Below, in pieces: positions 9,632 to 18,701 of a stretch of DNA of 64,000 nt (positions are counted from its first letter, which is position 1; each line of letters opens with the position of its first letter). This stretch comes from a virus. Lineage: Duplodnaviria > Caudoviricetes. The stretch spans positions 1-64,000 of the IMG/VR virus record IMGVR_UViG_3300017909_003066. One strand, given 5' to 3'. The notes under the pieces are model-generated. The model was not told the origin of the DNA. It did no database searches and saw nothing but the letters and a program-made list of their open reading frames with translations. The position numbers and the translations under genes were made by a program.

Positions 9632-9821
9632 TAATTTTTTCCTCGTATTTACGCCACTCTGTTGAATACCCGTCTGGATATTCTGTACTTATACTTTTTT
9701 CTTCAATAAATCTAGGATGTTCGCAAACAACAATTTCTATAGGTAGGTTGTCACCATCTTTAAAAGTTTCTATCAACCTTCCTTCGTGTATTCTACCACA
9801 ATTTTGACAGTATCTACTCAC
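9624..9821 (-). CDS. Small hypothetical protein with CxxC/CxH (possible Zn ligand)
   Basis: 65-aa ORF translationally coupled on both sides. Confidence 0.55.
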   Translation of the reverse strand: MSRYCQNCGRIHEGRLIETFKDGDNLPIEIVVCEHPRFIEEKSISTEYPDGYSTEWRKYEEKINV

Positions 9822-10348
9822 ACCATTTTTAAAGCGGCTTCAGTAGTTTCATCGACTCTACGAGTCCAACCTTTTCCAAACGTTGAAAAAGTGCTTAAAC
9901 CTTCGTAATATGATTGTCTTGCTTTTTGGTAATCTTTAATTACTTCAGCAACTCCGCCTACCTCTTCTACATAGTTGTTTAATGCTCTTAAAGTATTTGG
10001 GCCAATCCCACCATCTGCGACTGTTCCGATCATAGTTTGTAGGAACTTTGCCGCTCTACCTGGACCGGCATTAACAGCAAAATCAAAAATACATAAATCT
10101 AATCCTGATGGAATATCATCGCACTTTGTTCTGCCCCAATAATTTTTTTCATATATAGGTGCAACATCTTCTACAGTCAAGTCCTTCATATCTTTTTGAC
10201 TTAAATCGTTTGACATACACCATTCTTCATAGACTCTTTTAGTAACACCTAAATTAGTTTCACCGCCTGGGTCTTTTGGATGATTTACATAACCACCTTC
10301 GTGATGTAAAATCATTTCTAAACTGTTTGCATAGTTTTCTTTTGCCAT
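9818..10348 (-). CDS. Endolysin, glycoside hydrolase family 108 with PG-binding domain
   Basis: HEGGYVNHPKDPGGETNLGVT motif, DGGIGPNT, FGKGWTRRV; start moved to MAKENY. Confidence 0.92.
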   Translation of the reverse strand: MAKENYANSLEMILHHEGGYVNHPKDPGGETNLGVTKRVYEEWCMSNDLSQKDMKDLTVEDVAPIYEKNYWGRTKCDDIPSGLDLCIFDFAVNAGPGRAAKFLQTMIGTVADGGIGPNTLRALNNYVEEVGGVAEVIKDYQKARQSYYEGLSTFSTFGKGWTRRVDETTEAALKMV

Positions 10349-10349
10349 A

Positions 10350-11069
10350 TTATATCCTTTTGAATACTTTTGTTCTAACACCATTAGTAAAGAACAAGTT
10401 TTCGTCTATTTTGTATATATTATAGTTACCAAAGAATTTAGTTAGGAAAAGCACTTCTGACATAGCATCTTCACCTAATTGGATAGCACCTTTGTATTTT
10501 AAAACCAATTCTTCTGTTGTACCTTCGTCAACTAACTGTAATTTTACTGTACCACTTGCATGACGTTTAAATTCAATTATATCTGCTTTAATGTACTTTT
10601 GCTCTGTAACACCTTTGTTAAAAAATCTATCTAGTTCAGATTGATTATATACTTCTACCATGCTAGTGTAACTATCTCCATCTAAAGGAATACTGTTTGA
10701 AACTTCGTTTACATCAAATGGTTTGCTTTCAACATTTTTGTAGTATCTGTATTTCCAATCTTTTATACCTGTAAGTTTTGAAACTTCAGATAATATTGTG
10801 CCAATTCTTTCTGGTAAATGTCTATCTCTTTCTATTTCAACAAATACACTGTATTTTCCTTTGCGATTTTCTCCAGTACTAATATCAGAGTCTAACACAA
10901 AGTCATAACCTTTTTCAATAAAGTTCATTAAATCTTTTGCAGGTTCTTGTTGTTTAACTTCAAATGCCAGAACAGCAATTTCTTTGTCTTGACCCATTTT
11001 AGATTTGTAAGAATCTATAGTAAAGATTTCGTTTACAAAGTGTGCAAGGTCATTAGGTTGTAGGCTCAT
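10350..11069 (-). CDS. Hypothetical phage protein
   Basis: About 240-aa ORF, co-oriented with neighbours. Confidence 0.7.
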   Translation of the reverse strand: MSLQPNDLAHFVNEIFTIDSYKSKMGQDKEIAVLAFEVKQQEPAKDLMNFIEKGYDFVLDSDISTGENRKGKYSVFVEIERDRHLPERIGTILSEVSKLTGIKDWKYRYYKNVESKPFDVNEVSNSIPLDGDSYTSMVEVYNQSELDRFFNKGVTEQKYIKADIIEFKRHASGTVKLQLVDEGTTEELVLKYKGAIQLGEDAMSEVLFLTKFFGNYNIYKIDENLFFTNGVRTKVFKRI

Positions 11070-11583
11070 CAGCAACTCCTGTATCTATATCAGTATTTGT
11101 TTCTGGAACAATATCGGGTTGTGTTACAGTATCATTTATTGCCGCTAAAGTATATTCATCAACATTTCTCATGTAACCTTTATACATATCAAACATTAAT
11201 TGTTTAGGCATTGTGATACTGACTATCCAAATAGGAAGTTGATCAATTTTACCTTTTTTTGTACCTGGTCTATAATCGTCTGATGATTCAATTTTTCTTG
11301 GTTGTGTTAAAAAATCTTTTTTGTAAGTAACTTTGCAATCGTAGTCTAGTAGTCTACGTCCTGCTTGTGGATTTGGCATTTCTTTTTTTGGCCACATAAA
11401 GCCACATTCTACAGTGTGTCTAGTTACTATAGGTCCATATGCTAGTTCGCCTTTTTTCCAGTTTTCAAACACATATAGATCTAATTCATCTAAAACACGC
11501 TCAAAATCCTTTAATATACGCAAATGATTGTTGGATTCGTATATAGTTTTAACGTTTTCAATGATTTTTACGATATCGTACAT
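11053..11583 (-). CDS. Hypothetical phage protein
   Basis: Start moved to MYDIV after GGAG SD and TAAATA (11601-11606). Confidence 0.7.
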   Translation of the reverse strand: MYDIVKIIENVKTIYESNNHLRILKDFERVLDELDLYVFENWKKGELAYGPIVTRHTVECGFMWPKKEMPNPQAGRRLLDYDCKVTYKKDFLTQPRKIESSDDYRPGTKKGKIDQLPIWIVSITMPKQLMFDMYKGYMRNVDEYTLAAINDTVTQPDIVPETNTDIDTGVADEPTT

Positions 11584-11717
11584 TTTATCTTCTCCACTTT
11601 TATTTATCGTATTATCACTATTGATCAAAATATTATAGTATAGGTTAATATATGTATGTAGCAGTTAAATACTAATGCAGTCGGACGAATAACTTCAAAA
11701 AACTAAGGAGGTTTAAT

Positions 11718-12446
11718 TTGTCAAGAGCGAAGCGAAAAGAACGTAATAGGGAACGTTCTCAAATGGGTAATATAACATATATTAATCCTATCCCTAGCAA
11801 AAGACGTCAAGTGGAGGTCCTTCCGAGGAACCTTAGCCAAGAAACTTATCTAGAAGAACTGAAAAACCTAAAAAGACACATAGTATTTGCTGTCGGACCA
11901 GCAGGTACAGGTAAAACACTTTTAGGTGTGCAAATGGCTATAAAACATTTTCAAGAAGGAAACGTGGATAAAATCGTGGTAACAAGACCCGCTGTAAGTG
12001 TGGATGAAAAACACGGTTTTCTTCCAGGCACACTAGAACAGAAAATGGAACCATGGACTAAACCAATATTTGACGTATTCAGTGAATACTTCTACTCAAA
12101 AGAAATAAGCGGTATGTTACAAGAGGGGGTGATCGAAATATCTCCGCTAGCCTTTATGCGTGGAAGAACGTTTAAGAAATCATATATTATTGCAGACGAA
12201 ATGCAAAATGCAACTCCTAGTCAGATGAAAATGTTATTGACTAGGATAGGCGAAAATAGTAGAATGGTTGTAACAGGAGATCTACAACAAGCAGATAGGA
12301 TGAATTCAAATGGTTTGTTAGATTTCATAAACAAAGTCAAGTTACGTGAAGACCTAAAACATATAGGTATATGCGGATTCGATGTTAAAGATATCGAAAG
12401 ACATGACGCAGTAAAGGAGGTTTTGGATATTTACGGCGAAAACTAA
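11718..12446 (+). CDS. phoH: PhoH-family ATPase
   Basis: [31 protein letters not shown] motifs; AAGGAGG SD; TAAATA at 11666. Confidence 0.96.
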   Translation: MSRAKRKERNRERSQMGNITYINPIPSKRRQVEVLPRNLSQETYLEELKNLKRHIVFAVGPAGTGKTLLGVQMAIKHFQEGNVDKIVVTRPAVSVDEKHGFLPGTLEQKMEPWTKPIFDVFSEYFYSKEISGMLQEGVIEISPLAFMRGRTFKKSYIIADEMQNATPSQMKMLLTRIGENSRMVVTGDLQQADRMNSNGLLDFINKVKLREDLKHIGICGFDVKDIERHDAVKEVLDIYGEN

Positions 12447-12778
12447 TCTATATTTTTTGCCGGAATTGCTTTAAAAAATTTAGTTTTGTCCGACTGCCCA
12501 CTAAATTTTTTATAACCAGGCATTGGATCTTGAGTATCTGCAATATTAGGCCAACGTTCTGCAAAATATAAATTGTGTTTGTACCACGGATCTTCTTCAT
12601 CATCTGTTTGGTATATAGCATCTTCAGGACATTCAGGTACACATACACCACAATCAATACATTCTTGAGGATTAATTACAAGCATGTTTTCACCTTCGTA
12701 AAAACAATCTACAGGGCATACATCTACACAGGTTGTATGCTTACAATTTATACACTTATCATTTACTAAATGTGGCAT
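12443..12778 (-). CDS. fdxA: Dicluster (7Fe/8Fe) ferredoxin, FdxA-like
   Basis: [18 protein letters not shown] and [12 protein letters not shown] motifs. Confidence 0.9.
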   Translation of the reverse strand: MPHLVNDKCINCKHTTCVDVCPVDCFYEGENMLVINPQECIDCGVCVPECPEDAIYQTDDEEDPWYKHNLYFAERWPNIADTQDPMPGYKKFSGQSDKTKFFKAIPAKNID

Positions 12779-13024
12779 TTAATTTACCCAGTTTACTATT
12801 CCTCTAATCGCTAATAACAAATAAAAGAGTTCCATTAATGCTCTAGGAGTATCTTTATCTTTTATCCCCATATAAATCCAAATAGAACAACTAAAGCAGG
12901 CCACGGCCCAACCTATCCATTGTATATCAGGATTACCACCACTTAACAAAAATGCTCCAACCATGGCAAGAACAAATCCTAGCCATCTCCAACCATCTAT
13001 ATTGTGATAGTATCTTATCTTCAT
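12779..13024 (-). CDS. Small three-TM membrane protein
   Basis: Three hydrophobic segments. Confidence 0.6.
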   Translation of the reverse strand: MKIRYYHNIDGWRWLGFVLAMVGAFLLSGGNPDIQWIGWAVACFSCSIWIYMGIKDKDTPRALMELFYLLLAIRGIVNWVN

Positions 13025-13239
13025 TATTTACTACTTTTTTTACGACCTTTTTTCTTCTTGTTTTTTCCAGCCTTCATTTCTTTATATTGTTCGCCTGTCA
13101 TGCCTGTGGGTATTTTTTCTATTTTTCCGCCTCGTTTCAAAAAGTCTGCTATTGCCTTATCTAATTCTTTTTGTCTTTTTTCTGCTAGTTCGGATTCGGA
13201 AACAGCATCATAGTTTCGGTTTATTTCTGGACCTGGCAT
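13024..13239 (-). CDS. SutA-like RNA-polymerase-binding small protein
   Basis: 'ELDKAIADFLKRGGKIEKIP' resembles the SutA core (AMEEFLSRGGKVQEI); basic tail. Confidence 0.5.
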   Translation of the reverse strand: MPGPEINRNYDAVSESELAEKRQKELDKAIADFLKRGGKIEKIPTGMTGEQYKEMKAGKNKKKKGRKKSSK

Positions 13240-13240
13240 A

Positions 13241-14170
13241 TTACTCCTTAGTTAAACGTGCTAACTTGACAAGTGTAGCACTCATGTTAATTTCAGGATC
13301 AGCAACAAATGAATGATCTACTAATCCTTGTTTAATAATTAAAATTGCTTGGTCTTGTTTATCTTCGTCCGTAGTAAACACTTCCAAGTTATCATACATC
13401 CAACGGAATATATCTTCCATTTCTTCAGGCCTTGCCTGTGTACAAATTAGTTTACGTGCTTCTGTAATTTTGCCTGCTTTAAATAGTTCTACCATATCTA
13501 CTTTGTAATCGCTTTGTCCTGTATCGCCTTTTGCAGGAGGAGTAAGTTTACCAGATGTGCTATTCATTTGACACATATTAATACACTTACGCATGTCTGG
13601 ATATGTTGCTTTTACAAAAGTATCTAATACATCTAAATCTGGCTCAACACCTTCTTCTAAAAGAATAGTTGCTATACGAGCCGTGAATTCTGTTTGATCA
13701 ACATTTGTAATATGAAAACCTTGACATCTTGAATGTAGTGCTGGAATAATTCTGTTAGGATAGTTACAAGTTAAAATAAATCTACTAGTAGTATGATATT
13801 CCTCCATCACACCACGTAATGCCGCCTGTGCATTTGGCGACAAATAATCTGCCTCATCAAGCAGTACAACCTTAAAGTCACCAAACGGAATCATTTGCAC
13901 AAAGTTTACAATTTTATCTCTTACATCTTCAACACTGTTTGTTCTACTTGCATTTATTTCAAGTACATCATATTCAGTAACTTCAAGTTCATTTAGTAAA
14001 ACTTTTGCAAGTGTTGTCTTACCAATACCTGCATGTCCACTAAAAAGTAAGTGTGGGATACTTTTATCTTTTACCCAACCGTTAACTTGATCCCTTTGTG
14101 CGTCATCACGAAACACATAATCTTTTACAGTTTGTGGACGATATTTTTCTACCCAAAGTTCTTTAGCCAT
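13241..14170 (-). CDS. Sliding-clamp loader ATPase subunit (T4 gp44/RFC small subunit-like)
   Basis: LWVEKYRP, GHAGIGKTT, LDEADYL, SRC motifs. Confidence 0.93.
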   Translation of the reverse strand: MAKELWVEKYRPQTVKDYVFRDDAQRDQVNGWVKDKSIPHLLFSGHAGIGKTTLAKVLLNELEVTEYDVLEINASRTNSVEDVRDKIVNFVQMIPFGDFKVVLLDEADYLSPNAQAALRGVMEEYHTTSRFILTCNYPNRIIPALHSRCQGFHITNVDQTEFTARIATILLEEGVEPDLDVLDTFVKATYPDMRKCINMCQMNSTSGKLTPPAKGDTGQSDYKVDMVELFKAGKITEARKLICTQARPEEMEDIFRWMYDNLEVFTTDEDKQDQAILIIKQGLVDHSFVADPEINMSATLVKLARLTKE

Positions 14171-14576
14171 TTTGTTCTATCCTCTTTCGTAATCCAGTTG
14201 TACTAAATGAGTGTTGTCGCTTATTATAGTATATTTCTATGCCTTTGTCAACACATAATTGTTTGCCTGTAAAGTCATTTTGCCTATATTCTTCTCCTAC
14301 AAAACGAATATTGATATCATATGTTAGCAGTATATCAATTAAGTCTTTTTCTGTTTCATAAGGTATAATTTCATCTATATACTTACAACCTTCAAGTTGT
14401 ACGTATCTTTCAAATACACTTTGGATTGGTTTATTTTTTTCTGGTCTATCAATAGTTGGGTCTGTTTGTAAACCTACCATTAGATAATCGCAGTTTGATT
14501 TTGCTTCTTTCAACATAGCAACATGTCCACTATGGAACAAATCAAATGCTGAAAAAGTTATTCCTCTTTTATTCAC
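14163..14576 (-). CDS. Cytidylyltransferase (TagD/glycerol-3-phosphate CT-like)
   Basis: FDLFHSGH (HxGH) and FSTTGLR motifs. Confidence 0.85.
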   Translation of the reverse strand: MNKRGITFSAFDLFHSGHVAMLKEAKSNCDYLMVGLQTDPTIDRPEKNKPIQSVFERYVQLEGCKYIDEIIPYETEKDLIDILLTYDINIRFVGEEYRQNDFTGKQLCVDKGIEIYYNKRQHSFSTTGLRKRIEQNG

Positions 14577-14805
14577 TTATTATCCGCCTGTAAATTTTAT
14601 GTAGCACGTAAAACCAAACTCCATTAATACAAGGTTCTACTAATGCATTTAGGGCCGCCAAATCAAGTGTTGTCCCTGTAATAAAATATGTAGTAGCCAT
14701 TGCAATAATGATATGCCCAAAAGTATATATTACCGCAAGTGTGACGGATGAAGTTTTTAGAATTGATTTGGTCGAAGCAAAAATGCCTCTAGTGAATTCA
14801 GTCAT
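14569..14805 (-). CDS. Small membrane protein (DUF2061-like)
   Basis: Two TMs ending in 'EP..N.VWFYVLH'. Confidence 0.55.
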   Translation of the reverse strand: MTEFTRGIFASTKSILKTSSVTLAVIYTFGHIIIAMATTYFITGTTLDLAALNALVEPCINGVWFYVLHKIYRRIISE

Positions 14806-14811
14806 ACTAAT

Positions 14812-14840
14812 ATAATACTGTTATGTAATGTCTTTGTCAA
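14812..14840 (-). promoter_or_regulatory. Sigma70-type promoter (leaderless)
   Basis: TTGACA-N17-TATTAT, 6 nt before ATG 14805. Confidence 0.8.
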
Positions 14841-14848
14841 GTAAATTC

Positions 14849-15883
14849 TTACTTGTTTTTACCGTTTTGTGGTTTTGCTGGCAAAAGTACATCTTTAAAT
14901 TGCTTGTAGGCATTTTCCCAACTCCAAATCAAACTAGATTTGTAAACTTTTTCTCTATCCAAATGCAGTGCTTGATTAACTGCTAGAGTAAGATTGTTTT
15001 CCATGTGTCCGTTAATACCATCTTTGACTACATCAATTGGTCCTGGTACTGGATATCCTGCTACAGGTGTTCCACAAGCCATTGCCTCAATTTGCACTAC
15101 GCCAAATGTATCATTCTTACTTGGAAATACAAATACATCTGCTTGTTGATAATATTGTGCCAAATCATGTCCTTTTCTTTTACCTGCGAAAATAACATCA
15201 GGATATTTCTTTTTTAGTGTTTTAAGATAAGGCCCGTCACCTACAAGTATTTTTTCTGTGTTAGGTATCTTTAATTCACAAAAATCGTCTAGTCCTTTTT
15301 CGTGACTTATACGACTTACACATAATAGTTTTTTCTTTTGATTAGGTTTTCTATTAGGATCAGGTTTGAAGTACTCCCTATCAACACCTCTTGTCCAAGC
15401 AATTATTTTTTGTTTGAATCCTTTTTCTTTTAGGATGTTTACCATAGTTTCTGTTGTTGTCATGATATGGGTGCAGTCATTGTACCTTAGTCTCATCCAA
15501 TGCCACCCCCAATCTATGCTAACAAAGGGATATCTTGATTTAACAAATTCTGGAAACAGTGTGTGTAGGCTTGTTGAAAATGGAATATTCAAACGTCTAC
15601 ATGTACGCACAAACATAATTCCTAAAGGACCTTCTGGAGTCGCAATATGAATATGATCCCATATATGTTTCTTGAGATGCTTTCTTACTGTCCAAGGTAA
15701 TGCAAGTGCAAGGTCTATTTCTTTATATCCAGGCATAGGAATACGCAATCTAAATCGTCTTGGGTGAATAACAGTTATTTTGTCTCCATGTTTTATTGCA
15801 TTCTTGTGAAGTTGATCCAGTGTGGTTACTACTCCGTTAGTTTGCGGATGCCAAGCATCTGTCACTAATAAAATCTTTGCCAT
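14849..15883 (-). CDS. agt: GT4 glycosyltransferase, Agt-like diacylglycerol glycosyl/glucuronosyltransferase
   Basis: ILLVTDAWHPQTNGVV, HIATPEGPLG, FSTSLHTLFPE, WTRGVD, VFVFPSKNDTFGVVQIEAMACGTPV; lies next to plcP. Confidence 0.78.
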   Translation of the reverse strand: MAKILLVTDAWHPQTNGVVTTLDQLHKNAIKHGDKITVIHPRRFRLRIPMPGYKEIDLALALPWTVRKHLKKHIWDHIHIATPEGPLGIMFVRTCRRLNIPFSTSLHTLFPEFVKSRYPFVSIDWGWHWMRLRYNDCTHIMTTTETMVNILKEKGFKQKIIAWTRGVDREYFKPDPNRKPNQKKKLLCVSRISHEKGLDDFCELKIPNTEKILVGDGPYLKTLKKKYPDVIFAGKRKGHDLAQYYQQADVFVFPSKNDTFGVVQIEAMACGTPVAGYPVPGPIDVVKDGINGHMENNLTLAVNQALHLDREKVYKSSLIWSWENAYKQFKDVLLPAKPQNGKNK

Positions 15884-16113
15884 TATTTTCCTGCGTCCTT
15901 AAATTTCTGTATAGGGTTTTTTAACAGTCTTCCTATGACTCTGTAGACAAACACTGCTATGATTGGAATTATGATGTTAGGAATTTTCCATTGGCTTGGC
16001 ACATCGAATGAATAGAAGATTGCAACAGAAACAAACACAGAACCAAATGCAACAGTAAAATCAATTATTAGTGCTTTCAGTATCAGTACTAATTGAATAA
16101 TGTATCGTTTCAA
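15883..16113 (-). CDS. Small two-TM membrane protein between plcP and agt
   Basis: 3' part of ORF-track 15883..16224; probable TTG start at 16113 (MKRYIIQ...), stop overlaps the agt ATG. Confidence 0.5.
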   Translation of the reverse strand: MKRYIIQLVLILKALIIDFTVAFGSVFVSVAIFYSFDVPSQWKIPNIIIPIIAVFVYRVIGRLLKNPIQKFKDAGK

Positions 16114-16819
16114 ACTGGCCAGGATCTTTTTCAACCACTGCGGTGCACGACTCCACCCAGTCTCCAGTATTGATATAATGTATTCCATGTAATTCCTTAT
16201 CTGCTGGGGTGTGTATATGTCCACAAATTACTCCATCAAACCCCTTTTGATGACAGTGTAAAGCAACAGTTTCTTCAAACTTAAGAATAAAGTTTAAAGC
16301 CTGTTTGGTTTGTGCTTTGAGGTATTTACTCAAACTCCAATAGTTCATACCTAAAATCTTTCTAACAGCATTGAACTTGACATTGACCCATATGAGAAAG
16401 TTGTAGAGATTGTCACCAAACAGCATTAACCATTTACTGTTCTTCATTACCTTGTCAAACGCATCACCGTGTATCACCAAGTATTTCTTATTATTGGTAA
16501 CATAGGTATATTTGTTCATTATTTTGATAGCACCAAATGAGATGTCAAATGGTAAAAACTTGCGTAGGTATTCGTCGTGGTTACCAAGTATGTAATAAAC
16601 CTTTGCACCACGTTTCGCGGCTGTTAGTAACCTACGTATTACGTTTGCATGATTCTGTGGGAAGTACCAACGTTTGCTTAGACGCCAACCATCTATGATG
16701 TCGCCTACCAAAAATATATTGTCTGCGGTGTTATGTTTTAGAAAGTCACATAGAGCATCTGCTTGACAGCCTCTAGTACCTAAGTGTATATCTGAAATAA
16801 AAATACTTTTATAATGCAC
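16061..16819 (-). CDS. plcP: PlcP-type phospholipase C (metallophosphoesterase, LpxH2-like)
   Basis: FISDIHLG, LVGDIIDGW, YILGNHDE, IHGDAFD, YWSLSKYLK, GVICGHIH, YINTGDWVESCTA match the PlcP/SMc00171 subfamily pattern. Confidence 0.82.
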   Translation of the reverse strand: MHYKSIFISDIHLGTRGCQADALCDFLKHNTADNIFLVGDIIDGWRLSKRWYFPQNHANVIRRLLTAAKRGAKVYYILGNHDEYLRKFLPFDISFGAIKIMNKYTYVTNNKKYLVIHGDAFDKVMKNSKWLMLFGDNLYNFLIWVNVKFNAVRKILGMNYWSLSKYLKAQTKQALNFILKFEETVALHCHQKGFDGVICGHIHTPADKELHGIHYINTGDWVESCTAVVEKDPGQFETIHYSISTDTESTNN

Positions 16820-16854
16820 AACACTATTTAAGTAATTTTTTATTAAAAATCTAT

Positions 16855-16872
16855 TTGTAATAAAATTGTAAC
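16855..16872 (+). promoter_or_regulatory. Pho-box-like direct repeat upstream of plcP
   Basis: TTGTAAT-AAAA-TTGTAAC, 11-bp period, 14/18 to CTGTCATAAAACTGTCAC; orientation opposite to plcP. Confidence 0.4.
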
Positions 16873-16879
16873 ATAATAA

Positions 16880-17443
16880 TTATTTTGTAATAACACTATA
16901 AATTTCTTTCCAATCTTTTGCATTTACAACCTTAGGGTTTGCAAAATCTTTATTATAATGATGTTCAATAAGAATAGGTTTTAGATTTGCTCTTAAACCT
17001 GCAAGACAATTTTTTGGTTTATCTTCAATCCACCACATGTCTTTATCATATGTTTTTAAAATATCGTCTTTGTCTGCACCTGTATCTAAACAGATTACAT
17101 TTACAAAGGCGTCACCAAAATGTTTTTTTAGATTCTGTTTTCTCAATTCTACTGCGTATTTGTCTGTTGCCATGCTTGTTATCACTTCAAACTTATGTCC
17201 TTCAGCAACTAATTTTTTAACATATTCTACACTACCATCGATAGGCTCAAGAAATCCCATCCATGCACTTGTATTGAATTGTTCAACAACTCTATCACAT
17301 GCTTTTTTACTAATGAAACCAAACTTTTTATACTGATCGTATGTGTTGGTGTTTTGAACTGAATAGCCTTTGCCGACCATCCATTCTTCGAATGCCTTCT
17401 CCCAATTAAGAAGTACGCCGTCTACGTCTGTTAAGATGATCAT
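16880..17443 (-). CDS. HAD-family phosphatase (5'(3')-deoxyribonucleotidase-like)
   Basis: DVDGVL motif I, ITS, WIEDK. Confidence 0.85.
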   Translation of the reverse strand: MIILTDVDGVLLNWEKAFEEWMVGKGYSVQNTNTYDQYKKFGFISKKACDRVVEQFNTSAWMGFLEPIDGSVEYVKKLVAEGHKFEVITSMATDKYAVELRKQNLKKHFGDAFVNVICLDTGADKDDILKTYDKDMWWIEDKPKNCLAGLRANLKPILIEHHYNKDFANPKVVNAKDWKEIYSVITK

Positions 17444-17862
17444 TATAGATCACCGTCTTTTCGATTCTCCGAATAGTGTACATCAAACTCTCCACCAGGA
17501 TATCTTGCTTTAAGTTTGTTTACATTTTCTTCTACTACTTCATTAGGATCAAGATCCAAAGCACGGCAACTATTAATCCAATACCATAAAATGTCGCCAA
17601 GTTCTCGTTTAGCATGAAACCTAGTTTCATCGTCCATTGGTTTACCTTGGAATATACATTTTTTAACAATCTCTGCAAATTCGCCTCCTTCACTTGCAAT
17701 ACCAATTGCACCTGTTAGTAACAATGCAGGATTAACCTTTTCGCTAATCTCAACCATTCTATGATGCATGTGTGCAACATTATTACTTTGTTCACTTGTT
17801 ACTTGTTCTACAAAATCTTTATACTTGTTTAAGTCTACGTTTGACACTATATCACCTATCAA
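17443..17862 (-). CDS. mazG: MazG-like NTP pyrophosphohydrolase
   Basis: GIASEGGEFAEIVKK, ELGDILWY, NVNKLKARYP. Confidence 0.9.
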   Translation of the reverse strand: MIGDIVSNVDLNKYKDFVEQVTSEQSNNVAHMHHRMVEISEKVNPALLLTGAIGIASEGGEFAEIVKKCIFQGKPMDDETRFHAKRELGDILWYWINSCRALDLDPNEVVEENVNKLKARYPGGEFDVHYSENRKDGDL

Positions 17863-18230
17863 TTTCCAATATTTACATCATCAGGTTTTTCATCTGACCA
17901 AGCAAGAATTTCATCTAAGTCAATTTTTCTCACTTCTATTTCACCTAAATCGTCGTCTTCAACGATAATACTTCTACTCCAACGACCATGAGATACTAAA
18001 ATCCAATCTCCTTCATTATAAGGATCTTTGTTTTCTTTTCCTTTTGCGTATACTTGACACCATCTAGAGTAAATGCCTCTACTAGTACCGTCGTCGTTAG
18101 TTAAGATAATCCCACCTTTAGTTTTTTGTTCACCAAAGTGCATATTGTATCCTAGTACATCTCCATGAATAGGACGTACTTTACCTTTTACGCGAGTTTT
18201 GATTTTTACAGGACCACCCATCAATTCCAT
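17859..18230 (-). CDS. groES: GroES/Cpn10-like co-chaperonin
   Basis: RPIHGDVL...EQKTKGGIIL mobile loop, V-A-G, GD-ILV, DEILA. Confidence 0.8.
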   Translation of the reverse strand: MELMGGPVKIKTRVKGKVRPIHGDVLGYNMHFGEQKTKGGIILTNDDGTSRGIYSRWCQVYAKGKENKDPYNEGDWILVSHGRWSRSIIVEDDDLGEIEVRKIDLDEILAWSDEKPDDVNIGN

Positions 18231-18248
18231 TATTTGCTCTCCAATGTA

Positions 18249-18680
18249 TTATTTTGTTGCGTCAGCAATACCTCTACGTCTTGCTCTTGCTTTTTGTACT
18301 GCTTCTGTACCCTTATTTAAAACTTGCTCTTCTGCAGGCATATCTTTAGTTTTTACAACTTCTTCTTCTGTTTTTTCCTGCACTACTGCACTTACAGGAG
18401 TATCTTCAATCTTCATTGTTTGTGAAGGCGGATTCTGTATCCTTGTCTTTGTCTCTGGTGCAGTTGCTGGACTATCAGCGTCTGGGGTTGCTTTAGGGTT
18501 ATTTTCATAATAGGTACTCATGATCTGTTCTCTAGTACGAGTAATTTTACCACCTGGACCTATTTCATCTCCTCTTGCATTGACTTTCATGTTGCCAACA
18601 GCAGGAGTGAGTTCATTAGCAGAACGTAATTTGTCCATATCAACTTCACGCCCTTGCATTGTTCTATATGTTCTTCCCAT
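18249..18680 (-). CDS. Hypothetical protein
   Basis: 143 aa, AGGAG SD, low-complexity C-terminal half. Confidence 0.7.
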   Translation of the reverse strand: MGRTYRTMQGREVDMDKLRSANELTPAVGNMKVNARGDEIGPGGKITRTREQIMSTYYENNPKATPDADSPATAPETKTRIQNPPSQTMKIEDTPVSAVVQEKTEEEVVKTKDMPAEEQVLNKGTEAVQKARARRRGIADATK

Positions 18681-18701
18681 GTTTATCTCCTATGTTTGTA
18701 G

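Noticed and set aside
16061-16819. Calling this gene lipid-A enzyme LpxH, given the kdsA/kdsB genes
   Set aside because: The DGW, YWSLS and GDWVES motifs and the adjacent Agt-like GT4 fit the PlcP subfamily better; phylogeny is still needed.
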